This document shows positions 63,263-64,000 of a DNA stretch of 64,000 nt, piece after piece. The notes beneath the pieces were generated by a model. The model worked only from the letters and a program-made list of their open reading frames with translations, did no database searches and was not told where the DNA came from. Origin of the DNA: Octopus sinensis (Eukaryota); NCBI RefSeq assembly GCF_006345805.1, contig NC_042997.1, positions 18,414,001 to 18,478,000 on the forward strand. The letters are read 5' to 3'. Numbering within the stretch: position 1 is the first letter of the stretch; every line of letters starts with the position of its first letter. The translations under genes were made by a program, and so were the position numbers.

Positions 63263-64000
63263 AATCAGTTGTCCATAAGTCAGAAATAAAAGTACATTCG
63301 ATTTAAGTAATAGTAATATGTATATTTATATATTGTCAGATGATACATTACTGGTTATGTCATATAATTGGTTGGAATGTTATTGTCAGTTTAATACCAA
63401 ATATTACTACTAGTCATATTGATAACACTTCAAACATGGTGATAGTCAGCATATAATCGATTTAGGTTCTAGAAACACATAGACTCTTGTCTAGTTTTGT
63501 GGGATGCAGAACTAGAGTGAAATCAGAAGAATGGGAAGGTTATTCTTTATGCATGTTGGCTGTGTGAGCATCGTTCTTTAGGTAAAAGAGGGATATGACT
63601 ACAATTTGCACTCATTGGCACAACATCTGCTAATTTAACTTTTTGCATGTAGGAAAGTGCCTGATCACATGATTTGTTTTTAGAATGAACCTCTGCTCTG
63701 CCAATCAAAGACTGCTTCTCCTGCTTCCATTAAGATGCAGCCTAGATCTTTCCTAGTACATCCATTTGATATTTCACAACGTTACACCTTTTAATCACCA
63801 TATATATATGTTCGCAGTCATACTACTCTGTTAAATGTCTATTTGAAATTAATTCTTGTGAACAGTTTTATGACCTGAACAGGCCTTTTCTTTATTTCTT
63901 TTTCTATTTCTCTTTCTTAATTACTTTTTTTCTCTCTCTTGAATTTAATTTCCTTCACCATCTATCTGGATTTTTTTCTGTCTGGGTTTTTACTGCCAGT

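Overview
AT-rich animal genomic DNA, most likely an Octopus species. This is inferred from the very high microsatellite density and several tRNA-headed SINE families; it was not checked against a database. No host gene can be called with confidence, and almost every ORF in the supplied track is a translation of a microsatellite, a SINE or the antisense strand of a transposon. The window is mainly a mobile-element landscape. It holds three common SINE families (a CORE-like family A, a Meta-domain-like family M and a modular family B) plus minor ones. It also holds LINE relics (CR1, RTE, R4/Dong), a Tigger/pogo relic, a mariner-like relic, a full-length but dead hAT (Buster/Charlie-type) element, a piggyBac-type MITE and a non-autonomous Helitron. 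Three signals stand out. (1) A 773-bp fold-back element at 57753-58525 has ~215-bp inverted arms that each carry an outward-pointing minimal type I hammerhead ribozyme, as in Penelope-like elements and retrozymes. (2) A ~770-bp inverted duplication at 45417-46187 copies a SINE together with its unique flank. (3) A ~596-bp tandem duplication at 35965-37175 is bounded by (TG)n tracts. A few phase-compatible candidate exons are reported at low confidence. I found no evidence for a wholly new biological system; the best candidate is a variant arrangement of a known ribozyme-retroelement class.
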